Below, one piece after another: positions 1 through 11,619 of a DNA stretch of 64,000 nucleotides (position 1 is the first letter of the stretch; every line of letters starts with the position of its first letter). The DNA comes from Malacoraja senta (taxonomy: Eukaryota). The position numbers and the translations under genes were made by a program. The stretch covers positions 2,358,001 to 2,422,000 of the forward strand of contig CM075992.1 of the NCBI GenBank assembly GCA_038087875.1, given 5' to 3'. Under the pieces are notes generated by a model. That model saw only the letters and a list, made by a program, of their open reading frames with translations. It was not told where the DNA came from and searched no databases.

Positions 1-349
1 GCCCTGGGACTTGAAATACAGCCATGGTCAGCAAGGGATCAATGAGGGTGGCAGTGTGGAGTTGTTACCCCACAGAGCAGAGGAGAAAGGCACTGGAACT
101 AAGAGGCGTTGCAGGCGGGGTGGGTTGTATCATTTAAAGTGATACATTGAGTAATTATGGGGCAGTGCTACCATCTGCTGGCAGTCATGTGTAACGCATG
201 CTTAATCCATGACCATTTATTTTTGTTTTGTTTAGACCCATAGAGCTATGGAACTATACAGCACGGAAGCAGGCCCTTCGGCCCACGTTGTCAATACTGA
301 CCAAGTTGCCATATTGGTATAGCCCCATTTGCCTGCATTTGGCTCTCTG

Positions 350-521
350 TGGGTGCGTGTTTGTGTGTACGTATGTGTTGGTGTGTGTGTGTGTGTCTGT
401 GAGTACGTGTGTGTGTGTGTACGTATGTGTTGGTGTGTGTGTGTGTGTGTATGTGAGTACGTGTGTGTGTGTGTGTGTGTATGTGTGTGTGTATGTGAGT
501 ACGTGTGTGTGTGTGTGTATG
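350..521. repeat. (GT)n-based compound microsatellite
   Basis: Imperfect GT runs interrupted by GTAC/GAGT; accounts for the spurious CV/HT-rich ORFs at 228-554. Confidence 0.95.
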
Positions 522-589
522 TTCTAGATCTGTGCAGTAAAGCCTAGTATCCAATTGTCTTCGACTTCCTGTCTATTGGACCAACCTTG

Positions 590-1100
590 AGTTCAGTTCA
601 GTTTAATTTATTGTCACGTGTACCGAGCTACAGTGAAAAGCTTTTGTTGTGTGCTAACCAGTCAGCGGAAAGACAATACATGATTATAATCGAGCCATTT
701 ACAGTGTACAGATACATGATAAGGGAATAACGTTCAGTGCAAGGTAAAGCCAGTAAAATTGGATCAAAGATAGTCCGAGGGTCCCCGATGAGGTTCAGCA
801 CTGCTCTCTGGTTGTGGTAGGATGGTTCAGTGACAGCTGGGAAGAAACTGTCCCTGAATCTGGAGGTGTGTGTTTTCACACTTCTGTACCTTTTGCCCGA
901 TGGGAGAGGGGAGAAGAGGGAGTGACCAGGGTGTGACTTGTCCTTAATTATGCTGCTGGCCTTGCCGAGGCAGCGTGAGGTATAAATGGAGAAGGGAGGT
1001 TGGTTTGTGTGATGGTCTGGGCTGTGTCCACAATTTGCTGCAATTAATGGCAGTCTGGGATGGAGCTGTTCCCAAACCAAGCTGTGATGGTTCCCGATAA
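590..1100 (-). mobile_element. Rex1/Babar-type LINE 3' fragment
   Basis: Minus-strand translation IIKDKSHPGHSLFSPLPSGKRYRSVKTHTSRFRDSFFPAV matches the Rex1/Babar ORF C-terminus; short (AACTG)-type tail near 590. Confidence 0.8.
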
Positions 1101-1269
1101 ATTGGCATCAAGTTCATGGGATGATAGGGTTAATACCGGAAAGCAGCACTGAGGTAAAAGATGAACCAGGTTCTCATTGAGGTGCCTCCACTAATAACCA
1201 TATAACCATATAACCATAACAGCACGATAATGTGCAACTCCACTCCTGGACTGAAACTCCTGGACTAAT

Positions 1270-2258
1270 AAAATATATTAATGATTTGAACGGGGGAATT
1301 GAATGCAACATCTCCAAGTTTGCGGATGACACGAAGCTGGGGGGCAGTGTTAGCTGTGAGGAGGATGCTAGGAGGCTGCAAGATGACTTGGATAGGCTGG
1401 GTGAGTGGGCAAATGCATGGCAGATGCAGTATAATGTGGATAAATGTGAGGTTATCCACTTTGGTGGCAAAAACAGGAAAGTAGACTATTACCTGAATGG
1501 TGGCCGATTAGGAAAAGGGGAGATGCAACGAGACCTGGGTGTCATGATGCACCAGTCATTGAAAGTGGGCATGCAGGTGCAGCAGGCAGTGAAGAAAGCG
1601 AATGGTATGTTAGCATTCATAGCAAAAGGATTTGAGTATAGGAGCAGGGAGGTTCTACTGCAGTTGTACAGGGTCTTGGTAAGACCACACCTGGAGTATT
1701 GCGTACAGTTTTGGTCTCCTAATCTGAGGAAGGACATTCTTGCCATAGAGGGAGTACAGAGAAGGTTCACCAGACTGATTCCTGGGATGTCAGGATGTTC
1801 ATATGAGGAAAGACTGGATAGACTCGGCTTGTACTCGCTGGAATTTAGAAGACTGAGGGGGGATCTTATAGTAACTTACAAAATTCTTAAGGGGTTGGAC
1901 AGGCTAGATGCAGGAAGATTGTTCCCGATGTTGGGAGAGTTCAGAACAAGGGGTCACAGTTTAAGGATAAAGGGGAAATCTTTTAGGACTGAGATGAGAA
2001 AAACATTTTTTACACAGAGAGTGGTGAATCTCTGGAATTCTCTGCCACAGAATGTAGTTGAGGCCAGTTCATTGGCTATATTTAAGAAGGAGTTAGATGT
2101 GGCCCTTGTGGCTAAAGGGATCAGGGGGTATGGAGAGAAAGCAGGTACAGGATACTGAGTTGGATGATCAGCCATGATCATATTGAATGGCGGTGCAGGC
2201 TCGAAGGGCCAAATGGCCTACACCTGCACCTATTTTCTATGTTTCTATGTTTCTATGT
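1270..2258 (+). mobile_element. 5'-truncated CR1 LINE (RT C-terminal half, 3' UTR, tail)
   Basis: YINDL...KFADDTKLGG...RPHLEYCVQFWSP...FFTQRVVNLWNSLP; (TTTCTATG)n tail at ~2235-2258; same family as 51862-53747 and 59662-60280. Confidence 0.95.
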
Positions 2259-2259
2259 C

Positions 2260-2540
2260 TCACGGTGCGAGTCCACCCACGAGTGATCCCGAGTTTAAAA
2301 CAAATCAAACTCGTGGTAATCACGTAGAATTAACGTAGCGGGAATGTCGGAACTCGGAACGCTAACGGCAGGTACTCGGGAAACCTGTTAACTCGTGAAA
2401 ATCATTTAACATGATGAAAGAATTCCACGAGTCAAATTTACTCTTGAAGTAAACATTTTAAACTTTTAAACTCGTTGTAAGAACGTAGTAGCCCGTGAGT
2501 TTACCGTAGTGACTCGTGAGTCTACCGTGGGCACTCTTTA
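2260..2540. mobile_element. Truncated non-autonomous DNA element (MITE) related to the copies at 32764-33003 and ~46305-46538
   Basis: Shares CCCGAGTTTAAAA..ATCAAACTCGTGGTAA..GTAGAAT..ACGTAGCGGG with the 32764 element. Confidence 0.6.
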
Positions 2541-3444
2541 ACTCAGCGGGACAGGCAGTATCTCTGGAGAGAAGGAATGGGTGACGGGATGACGTTTCCA
2601 AAATTCTGCTGCGTCTTTGTGTTACTCCAGCACCGTGTGTTCACTTTTTGTCAACCAGCATCTGCCCTTTCTTGTGTATGACATTAGATTATGTATGACA
2701 TTAGGTCGCAAGATTAACAAGAGAGAGATTAAAAAGCAAAAAGGGATAATTAATTCCCGGAAAGCTGCGACTTTGGAGGAAAGGTTTCCAAGTTTCCATC
2801 AGTACTGTGACATAGCTGTGACACAATCGTTGCTGTCTTTTCCTGAAGTATTATTGTGCTGGATTGTATGCAAAACAGAACCTTTCACTGAATCTAGGTG
2901 CAGTACACGTCACAATAACGTAACAGTTCACTGTGCACTCATTTAAGAAAGGCTCAACATCTTAGAACCAGATGGCACGACTTAGCAATAAAAGAACGTA
3001 CGTTTAGAATGGAGATGAGGAGGAATTCTTTTAGTCAGAGGGTGGTGAATCTGTGGAATTCGTTGCCACAGATGGCGGTGGAAGGTTGCACGGTGACGCA
3101 GCGGTAGAGTTGCTGCCTCACAGCGCTTACAGCACCAGAGACCCGGGTTCCATCCCGACTACTGGTGCTTTCAGTATGGAGTTTGTACGTTCTCCCCGTG
3201 GCCGCGTGGGTCATCCATCTGTGGTACTGGCTCAGTTTCACCCTCTCCATCCACAGGCCCTGACCTGCTGGGTGGGCCAGCACCGCCATTCAATGTGATC
3301 ATGGCTGATCATCCCCAATCAGTACCCCGTTCCTGCCTTCTCCCCATACCCACAGAATTCCACAGACTTGGTTTGGCATCAATGTAAATTGTCCCTAGTT
3401 ATGCCAAACCAAGTCTGTGGAATTCTCTGCCTCAGAGGGCGGTG

Positions 3445-4299
3445 GACAACGAGGCATACAATTAGTAACATTTAATCAGGAGGACAGTAGAACTAGTCGG
3501 AGAACTAGGATGGGGGAGGGCTGGAGAGAGAGGGAATGCAAGGGCCCCTAGCTTATGCACTCCATTGGCAGGGATTACTCCGGCCACCAGAGGGAGCTTG
3601 AGCCCCTGTTCTGCAGCAACCCACAACACAATGAATACATCCTGCATATTTAGCATGAGAACATTCCTAAAGTCTTCACTGAAGTTTTATTAAACAATAT
3701 TTGGAATTTTCTGGGCTGATTGTCCAAACTTGGACAATGAGGTCAGTTTTGAATTGGTTTAAAGGGAGTGCAGTTGTGCAGGGAGTGGTGATCTAAGTTC
3801 AATTCCAACCTCCCATGCTGTCTGTGTGGAGTTTGCACGTTCTTCTGTGTGTGCTTGGGTTACCCTTGATGCTCCAAGTTATTTCCAGGTCCCCAAAGCA
3901 AGCTGGTAGGTAGATTAATTAGCTGCTGTGAATGATCTCTGGTGCAGGTGAACAGTGGGTAAATCAGAGGGTGATAATGGGCATCTAGAGAGGGGAGATT
4001 GCAGGGAAATACATGGAGGAATGGGGTTAATAGGGTGGCTCAGGAGCCTGCACAGACTTGATGGGCTGAATGGCCACATTCTGTGTTGAGGCACAATACG
4101 GGAAGAGGAAAGAAGTAACAAGAGGAAGAGATATTGGGAGGGAAATCCAGAACGTGGGACCTTGCACGCTGAAGGTAGGGATGTTGATGGGACAAGATGG
4201 ATTCAGGCAATGAGTCAGAGAATTGAGGAAGCACAGAGACCCAGGAAAGATGCAGGATGGAGGATTTTACATGGACAAGGAGAGACCAGAGTGCAGGGA
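3445..4299 (+). repeat. Dispersed direct copy of segment ~29272-30088 (partial copy at 23541-24118)
   Basis: Shared sequence from GCTTATGCACTCCATTGGCAGGGATTACTCCGG through GAGACCAGAGTGCAGGGA; homology stops where the Harbinger transposase sequence begins. Confidence 0.9.
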
Positions 4300-5110
4300 A
4301 GATGAAATGATTGACTTCCCTAGTACCCCTGACTAGTGGAGGAGAGTGGCGCACGGCTTTCAAACCAGATGGAACTTCCTGCACACATGTGGGGCAGTTG
4401 ACGAGAAGCATGTGGCCATCCGGTGTCCACCCAGGGCAGGTTCTGTGTACTTTAACTACAAGAAGTTCCATTCCATCGTGCTGTTAGCTGTGGTTGATGC
4501 AATCTACAACTTCCGGTTTGTGGATGTGGGCACACCTGGCAGTGGCGCAGATGGAGGGATCTGGAGAGAGACCTCCCTTGGGCAAGCACTGGAAGAAGGG
4601 AGAGCAGGCCTTCCTGATCCAGTACCTCTGCCGGGAGAAGACAACCCTGACATCCCCTATACACAGGTTGGTGATGATGTCTTCGCACTCAGGCCATGGA
4701 TGATGAAGCCATACCCTCACAGGCGGATGTCAAGGGAGCGGTGGATCTTTAATTACAGGCTGTCCAGGGCTAGGAGGGTCGTGGAAATGCTTTTGGTTTC
4801 CTTGCTAGCAGATTCAGATGCCTGCTGACTACAATGGAGCAGGAGCCCGAGAATGTGCAGACTATTGTCTACGCGGTATGTGTCCTCCACAACCTGATCC
4901 GCACCAGAGGTGCAGCAGCAGCCATGGTGGAGGGTGACACGGTGGACAAACAGGAAACGTCACACCAGGTTCATGGAGAGCTGGAGGACAGGCTGTACCG
5001 ATGGTGGCACTGGGCACATTGCAAGGAAACACCTGCAACAAGAGAGCCAAGGAGCAGAGGGACCATCTCTGTGTTTACTACAACTCCGAGCTGGGCAGTG
5101 TATCTTGGCA
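4300..5110 (+). pseudogene. Harbinger DDE transposase (HARBI1/DDE_Tnp_4-like), N-terminally truncated and disrupted
   Basis: FPSTPD*WRRVAHGFQTRWNFLHTCGAVDEKHVAIRCP...YFNYKKFHSIVLLAVVDA...VGDDVFALRPWMMKPYP...FNYRLSRARRVVE(NAFG); in-frame stop near 4340 and 1-bp frameshift near 4787. Confidence 0.9.
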
Positions 5111-5383
5111 GAACAATATGTGGTGAGGATCAGCAGCTGACATCCCACACCACAAACGGAGGACCACCACTACAAGAACTGATCTAATAAAAGGAGGATC
5201 TATGTATGTTAATGGAAGATTTATCTATGTGAAATTATTAATACTGTGAAAATAATAATAGAAATGCCATAATTTTAAAATGCCTTTGTCTGTTTTTCCT
5301 TATTGACCACTTTATATGACGTATATGACACAGTTTGCATTTCAATGCAGTTCAATGTCTGTGTGTGTTTTATTTATCTAATA

Positions 5384-5491
5384 AATCGAGGTTTCTATAT
5401 GTTCGATTCATTCCATGATTAATCGAGGTTTCTATATGTGCGATTCATTCCATGATTAATCGTGGTTTCTATATGTGAGATTAATTCCATG
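5384..5491. repeat. Three copies of a 37-bp tandem repeat inside the Harbinger element
   Basis: AATCGAGGTTTCTATATGTTCGATTCATTCCATGATT at 5384, 5421 and 5458 (few substitutions). Confidence 0.9.
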
Positions 5492-6223
5492 GTCAACACT
5501 ACTGAAAAATGAGAAGATCATCACACATCAAATTTTCATAGAAATGACAAGAATTTTATTAATAGTCAAACAAACTGCTTTTCCCACGACGCGAAAAGGT
5601 TACACTGAGATATAATAACCACGTTGTAAGTGAACTTATTTGCAATAAATACAAAGACCAATAACTTTTAAAGAATTAAATTGTTTATTTAGTGCAAGCA
5701 AACAAATAACATTGAAAAACAACAAGAAACAAAATTCTAATGTGCAACACAAGTCAACGTGGTTGAATATTGGTGAGAGAACATCATTCTTTTTGGCCAA
5801 TTTGCCCTGGGTGATCATCAATCAAATAGTCCGAGAGATTCAGGCTCAAGTTCACATTTGTGTCCTGACTCTCTAATCACGCTGGGAATGCTGTTGGTGC
5901 GAGCGTATCCATGCCGGATGCCGGATGTGCCTGCTGTGGCGTTGAGCTGGCTGCCCTGACGTTGGGCGTGCTTGCCATCCATGCGTATGCCATGTGTCGT
6001 GGTCCCATCATTGCCTGTGGGTAAAACACATCAGCCTATCAATATGTATTGAGAGGCAAACAAATCATATAAAATAAATCACAACCTTTCACAAGCTGTG
6101 TGTCACAGAAAATCTTGAGTCAGACTCAGACTCAGAAAAGGTTTCACAATGTATCTGGTGAGCATGTTGTGGTGTAATCATCCCCATTTGTTTGTGTCCC
6201 ATGAATGACATGTGCCTCATCAG

Positions 6224-7937
6224 TAGAGCCAGGATTTTGCCATAAATGCTTTTTCATGCCTTTTTTGATGATTTCAGGAAGATAATGCCTTTTTCACGAT
6301 TGAGTGCCTAAATCAGCCTTTTTAAGCCGTTTTAACGTAATTTACAAGAAAATCTACACCACCGGGGCGAAACACGGCTGTAAGTGGGTATGAAGTGGTG
6401 ATTGGAGAGGGGTGCGTGGGAGAGGGTCCAGTCTTTGCAGACTGGAGTCATGCTTAAGTAGTTAAGTGGTGATTGGGGAGGAGTAGGTGGGGAAGAATCT
6501 AGTCTTTTCAAACTGGAGTCAAGCTGTGAGTAGGTGTGAAGTGTTGGTTGGGGATGGGGTGTGGGGAGTACCAGGGTTAAGTTTCTGTTTATCGAACCTG
6601 CAGTAGAACTTGTTCAGGTCATTGGTCAGCTGACGATTGTCCAAGGAGTGGGGGGGGGTTTCCTCTTGTAGCTTGTGATTTCTTGCAAGCCCTTCCACAC
6701 TGAAGAAGAGTCATTTGCTGAGAACTTGCTCCTCAACTTCTCAGAGTACCTTTCCTTGGCAGCTCTGATTCCTCTTCTCAGCTTATACTTGGCCTGCCTG
6801 TAGAGGACTGCATCCCCGCTCCTGTCGGATCTACCCCTGCAAGCGTCAAAATGCCTAAAGTCTAGTCAACGCCTTGTAAAAAACGGAACGATTTGGTGAG
6901 AGTGTACGGGGGTGATATATTCTCTACAGACAACTGTGTGCTGTTTTGCAAAGCATGTGAGAAAGCAGTGAATCATGAGCAGAAATATTTCATCTCCCAG
7001 CATGTACAGACAGCTAAACACAAGTCGACGGCAGAGAAACTGAAGGTAGGAAATACGCAAGCTTGTCTCCTCACAACATTTACTGCTGGCTCCAGTCGCA
7101 AATCTGAGTTTTCGAGTGATCTGGGCAAAGCATTCATTGATACTGGAATTCCACTGTGGAAATTGGAAAACAAATCTCTCTGAGTTTTTTTAGAGAAATA
7201 CACAGAGGAACATATACCGAACGAGTCATCATTTCGGAAAAATTATGTTGACAGAAACTTCAACATTGTTGTGCAGAAAATTAGAGATGAAGTTGCACGC
7301 AACAAAATATGGATCTCAATAGACGAGACAACCGATGCTGTGGGGAGATATGTTGCCAATGTAGTCATCAGTACACTGGAGGCAGGTCAACCATCAAAGG
7401 AGTATTTCTTGACATCAGAAGTATTGGAGAAGTCAAACAGCTCAACTATTGCTCAGTTGTTTACATCTTCATTTGCTGTACTTTGTACTTAAAGTTCCTG
7501 GCGATGTAGGTAAAGACATACAAGGAAAATGTGAGAGAGTGATTTTAGCTAACAATGATCTTGAAGAAATACAAAACATTGCTAAAGTTCTCAAAGGTAG
7601 TTGTAATGCACAAGATATCAACATGAATGTAGAGTTTGTACCTTGTTTCAGGTATGCACCAGTGACTTAAGCTGGGGTAGAAAGAAGTTTTTCACAACTG
7701 AAGCATATTCTGTCTAACAGACGGCAAAGTTTAACACCAGATAATTTGATAAAAAATGCTAGTAGTTATGTGCAACCAGGCAACTTTGGTCATTTAATGT
7801 AATATACCTTTATATTATTATTTTTAACCATATTTTGGTGGTGGAAATAAATGCCTTTTATGCCTTTTTTGTAATTTTATTATGCCGTTTTGCCTGCCTA
7901 TTTCAGAGATTTTTAGCACCTAAACATCCTGGCTCTA
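6224..7937 (+). mobile_element. hAT transposon (CGGBP1-like transposase type), internally deleted, nested in the Harbinger element
   Basis: 12-bp perfect TIR TAGAGCCAGGAT (6224-6235) / ATCCTGGCTCTA (7926-7937); 8-bp TSD CTCATCAG (6216-6223, 7938-7945). Confidence 0.93.
6851..7797 (+). pseudogene. hAT transposase remnants, CGGBP1-like
   Basis: Zn finger LFCKACEKAVNHEQKYFISQHVQTAKH; catalytic-strand motif IWISIDETTDAVGRYVANV; C-terminal dimerisation motif YAPVT*AGVERSFSQLKHILSNRRQSL. Contains stops, frameshifts and a central deletion near 7485. Confidence 0.85.
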
Positions 7938-8034
7938 CTCATCAGACTCAGCAACCAAGGAATTCATAGTGAGTAATTCATGCAAAGTATTAGTCAAACG
8001 TTTTATAAATCCCATCAACTTTGATTAAAAGATT

Positions 8035-9545
8035 TTACTGAGGAAATCTGTGCGCCCTTGCCAAAGCAAAGGCCTCCGAGGAGAAGCTAATCCATTCGGA
8101 TTCTGGGATCTGCAGCATCTCCTCTCTCAAGAACGTTGAGAAGGCATAAACGGTCCTCTTGTGTACCGTCCTTGGGTGTGACAAGGCATTTATAGCGTCT
8201 GCTGTTGTCTTCGCCTGTTGCATGATCTGCAACAAAAGAGTATGATCCTGGTAAGTAATTTTTGGGAGGCGATGGAGAAACATGGACGTTGGGTGGATTA
8301 AATGAGAAATTTGCTGATAATTCACCCAAAAGCATTTACATCTGTGAACATCTCCCGCTGACTTTGTTCTCCAGACTCTTCACATTCAGCCGCAGTTGTG
8401 TGGGCCGGCTTCCGCATGCTGTGCACCTGTTTGTCCGCAGTGCTGGACCCAGAGGGTCCCTCAAGAGGATCTGGCTCATCCTCACACGAGATAACGCACG
8501 GGCGTTTCCCTTTGATAAACTGGAAGAAAGTAAATGTGTATCAGAAATGTTCAAGACCATCAGGACGTAGCAAGCAAGGTGACCAACAAATGATCATTGC
8601 TGAATATTGTTTTAACTATTCACTTTCTTGGTGATATCCTTCCTCTCCACTTGAACTATGTGGTTCTGCACGAACCCCCATTTCTCCACGATCCACCGCT
8701 GTCTCTCAGTCACCGGCTTACTGGCGGAGCCAGACTTATGCAGACTGTGGAACAGCCTCCCGAACCTTGTCGCTGGCTCGAACCATTGGCACAGTTGGTC
8801 ATCTGTGAAAACATGGAATGAACGAAGTAAGTAAGTAAGTTTATTGGCCAAGTATTCACATACAAGGAATTTGCCTTGGTGCTCCGCCCACAAGTAACAA
8901 CATGACATACAGTGACAGTTACGAATGACTCAGAAAACACTAAACATTAATAATAATAAAACATTAATGATAAAACACCATTGATCAAGCATGTGAACCA
9001 ACAAAACACCAGATTAAAGGGAGGCTACAGATTTTTGGCTGTTGAGTAGAGCAACTACTCGTGGATAAAAACTGTTTTTATGCAGACAAACTACAAAGTG
9101 TGTACTTACAAGTGCAGCCAAAGAACTCCTTCGCCTTGCTTTCCAGCAGCGAGTTCCGAAGATCCGTGCTCCTGAAATGCCTGTGGGCTTTGTCATACAA
9201 CTCTGGGTGGGCCTGATACCAATCTACCAGGCCCCCCTCTTCTTCCCTGCTAAAATCGTAAGGCTTCGTTACCATAAGCCTCTTCTTCTTCTTAATTACT
9301 GGCCCAGCTGAGGCATCAGTGTCCTGAGCCAAATCAGAGTCCCATTCTGCAGCAGGAGCTGGGGTAGGAACTGGAGCAGGATCAGGAACTGGGGCAGGAG
9401 CAGGGTCAGGAGCAGGAGCAGCAGCATGGCCAGGAACAGGGGCTGGATCCTCCTGGATCTCTATCTGCTTCACCTGGTTCTGCTCCTGCATGGCTGGCTT
9501 CTTTTGTGCTTTGTTCTTGAGGGCCCTGCTTCTTTTAAGAGCCAT
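8035..9545 (-). pseudogene. Harbinger accessory DNA-binding (Myb/SANT/MADF-like) gene, spliced
   Basis: Exon 9545-9110 (PA-rich linker, KKKKR, FSREEEGGLVDWYQAHPELYDK, GTAAGT donor); exon from 8802 (QLCQWF..TRFGRL..KSGS..TERQRWIVEKWGFVQNHI); further probable exons ~8521-8341 and ~8230-8040. May continue near 6015-5860 beyond the hAT insertion. Confidence 0.75.
8822..9078 (-). mobile_element. Rex1/Babar-type 3' tail fragment inserted in intron 1 of the MADF-like gene
   Basis: KNSFYPRVVALLN plus 3' UTR ending in (TTAC)n; same family as ~44650-44895. Confidence 0.65.
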
Positions 9546-10544
9546 TTGCAATGTCGTTCGTAACTCCGTGGAAAGAAATAAACTCCATGGCCAGAATTGT
9601 ACCGGTGAGTGCGGTGCTCACATGACGCGTAAAAGGCGCGCCGATGGCGTATGGGCGTCGCATGGTTACGGACGTTGATGCACGGTGACGTCATCATGCG
9701 TCACCACGCGCTACACGTATGATGTCAGCGTGCGATCCCAGTAAGTCCGCGTGCGTAAGGGATACGTCACGCAGGTGGTGCGCGAAGATTTCGTGCAGTA
9801 CAAAATCCTGGAGTGCCGCGCGATATCGCGCGCAACTCCATACGCATCCACGCCTCACCATGCGCCCTTCGCGCGTCATCCACGCGCTACCCGTGCATCA
9901 CAACGCGACGAGGTCGCGTAAATGGCACGCAAATGACAGCCAAGTGGGACAGGCCCTTACCACTGCGCCACGGTGCTGCTTAACTTTCACATCAGTTTCT
10001 GTTTACGCACCGGCATCTTGCGTGTGTGAGCTCTGGCGTCCCTGCCGGCCAGGAATGTTACGGGTGTGTGCGGGCACGGTAGTTTGGGAACACCGTTCAA
10101 TCACGGGACTTGTGCGGGACTCGGCTAGGACACCGTTTGTTAGACTGCAGCCATTTTACGTAGGTTAGGGTGATGTACCCTGTTCAAAGTTAGTTAGTAA
10201 ATCACTGTTTCATTACTTCACACAACCACTGTTGTGGTTATTGTTCTGGACAATACATAATAGATAGGAACAGTTGGGAAGGATAGAGGCCTTCTAACTG
10301 GGGTCGGTGGGCTGGGGCATCTTTGTCGGCATGGACAAGATGGGCCAAAGGGCTTGTTTCCGTGCTGTATGACTATACTCTGGCATTGCAGCGCACGGTA
10401 TTGTAGACCTGTCACACACAAGTGGGTGAGAATGTATAGTTGGACAGAATGGTTCGATGGTGACGGGTGGGACAGTGAAGCACGTTTGAAGCCAGGAGTT
10501 GTGAGTGGTGTGGGGGAACGTCTGATCTTTCACTCACTCTTGTT

Positions 10545-10675
10545 GAACCGGTGTTTAGGCTGATTTGCTTTTGGCAGACTTTTAGTTTGTTGGGATGAAG
10601 GTAAGTATTTTAATCAACAGACATCAAGTTTTCAAACTGACCTTTCACTTTGATCTCCACTTTGTTCTCATCAGC
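10545..10675 (-). repeat. Duplicated fragment of ICAM-like exon 4 3' end plus donor (left-arm copy)
   Basis: Reverse complement of 54216-54346; related to ~11200-11328. Confidence 0.9.
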
Positions 10676-10684
10676 TTCACTGCC

Positions 10685-11155
10685 TGGATCCCAGGAATGA
10701 GTGGGACTATGAGTGTTTGACAGCACTGGGCCTGTACTCGCTGGTGTTTAGAAAGATGAGGGGGGACCTCATTGAAACGTACCGAATAGTGAAAGGCCTG
10801 GATAGAGTGGTTGTGGGGAGGATGTTTCCACTAGTGGGAGAGTCTAGGACCAGATGGCACAACCTCAGAATTAAAGGACACACCTTTAGAAAGGAGATGG
10901 GGAGGAATTTCTTTAGTCAGAGGGTGGGGAATCTGGGGAATTCATTGCCACAGAAGTCTGTGGAGACCAAGTCAATGGATATTTTTAAGGCAGAGATAGA
11001 TAGCTTTTTGATTAGTACATGTGTCAGAGGTTATGGGGCGAAGGCAGGAGAATGGGATTAGGAGGGAGAGATAGATCAGTGATGATTGAATTGCGGAGTA
11101 GACTTAATGGGCCGAATGGTCTACTTCTGCTCCGATCACTTATGACCTTATGACC
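10685..11155 (+). mobile_element. Older CR1 3' fragment (mirror at ~53750-54205 on -)
   Basis: LGLYSLVFRKMRGDLIETYRIVKGLDRV...FFSQRV; (TTATGACC)n tail. Confidence 0.9.
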
Positions 11156-11294
11156 GTTGCAGGGTCCCCTCGACAGAAACTAAAACATAAGGAAACTAGG
11201 AACCGGTGTTGCGGCTGATTTCCTTTTGGCATCGGTTTACTTTGTTGGGATGAAGGTAAGTATTTTAATCAACAGCCATCGTTTTCAAACTGAC

Positions 11295-11573
11295 CTTTCA
11301 CTTTGATCTCCACTTTGTTCTCATCAGCTCCATATTTATTACTAGCAGTACATTTGTATATTCCATTATTTTCCGTCGTGGCCTCAGAAATATAGAGGAC
11401 TGCGGAAGTAGTGATTGCAATGTTGGTACTTTCAGGGTATTCCCATTTTAATGTTGGCTCTGGGTTCCCCAGTGTATCACAGACTAAGGTGATGCTGTCC
11501 CCACCAGCCACATGCACTGGAGACTCTGAGGAGCTTTGGTTATTTACTGATATCATTGTGCTTCGAGGTTCAC
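11295..11573 (-). pseudogene. ICAM-like pseudogene, copy of exon 4 (Ig domain 3)
   Basis: 279-nt exon with intact AG/GT sites; differs from the functional copy by V>I and N>T (the latter removes one N-glycosylation sequon). Confidence 0.92.
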
Positions 11574-11619
11574 CTGTGAAAAGAAAGAAAATGCATTAGA
11601 GTTAAGCAAATTAAGCAGA

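Larger units (their letters stand above)
4300..9957. mobile_element. Left-truncated, decayed PIF/Harbinger transposon with convergent transposase and Myb/MADF genes
   Basis: DDE transposase on +, spliced MADF-like gene on -, CpG-rich subterminal region 9600-9950, terminus CAAGTGGGACAGGCCCT at 9941-9957 shared with MITEs in this window. No left TIR found. Confidence 0.9.

Noticed and set aside
228..554. Cys/Val- and His/Thr-rich ORFs
   Set aside because: Translations of a GT microsatellite.
4346..4828. Domesticated HARBI1 gene
   Set aside because: Lies in a TIR-bearing element with a partner MADF-like gene, and is truncated and frameshifted.
6893..7492. Host CGGBP1 gene
   Set aside because: Bounded by TIRs and a TSD, with stops and frameshifts.
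9600..9950. Host CpG-island promoter
   Set aside because: Subterminal region of the Harbinger element upstream of its MADF-like gene.
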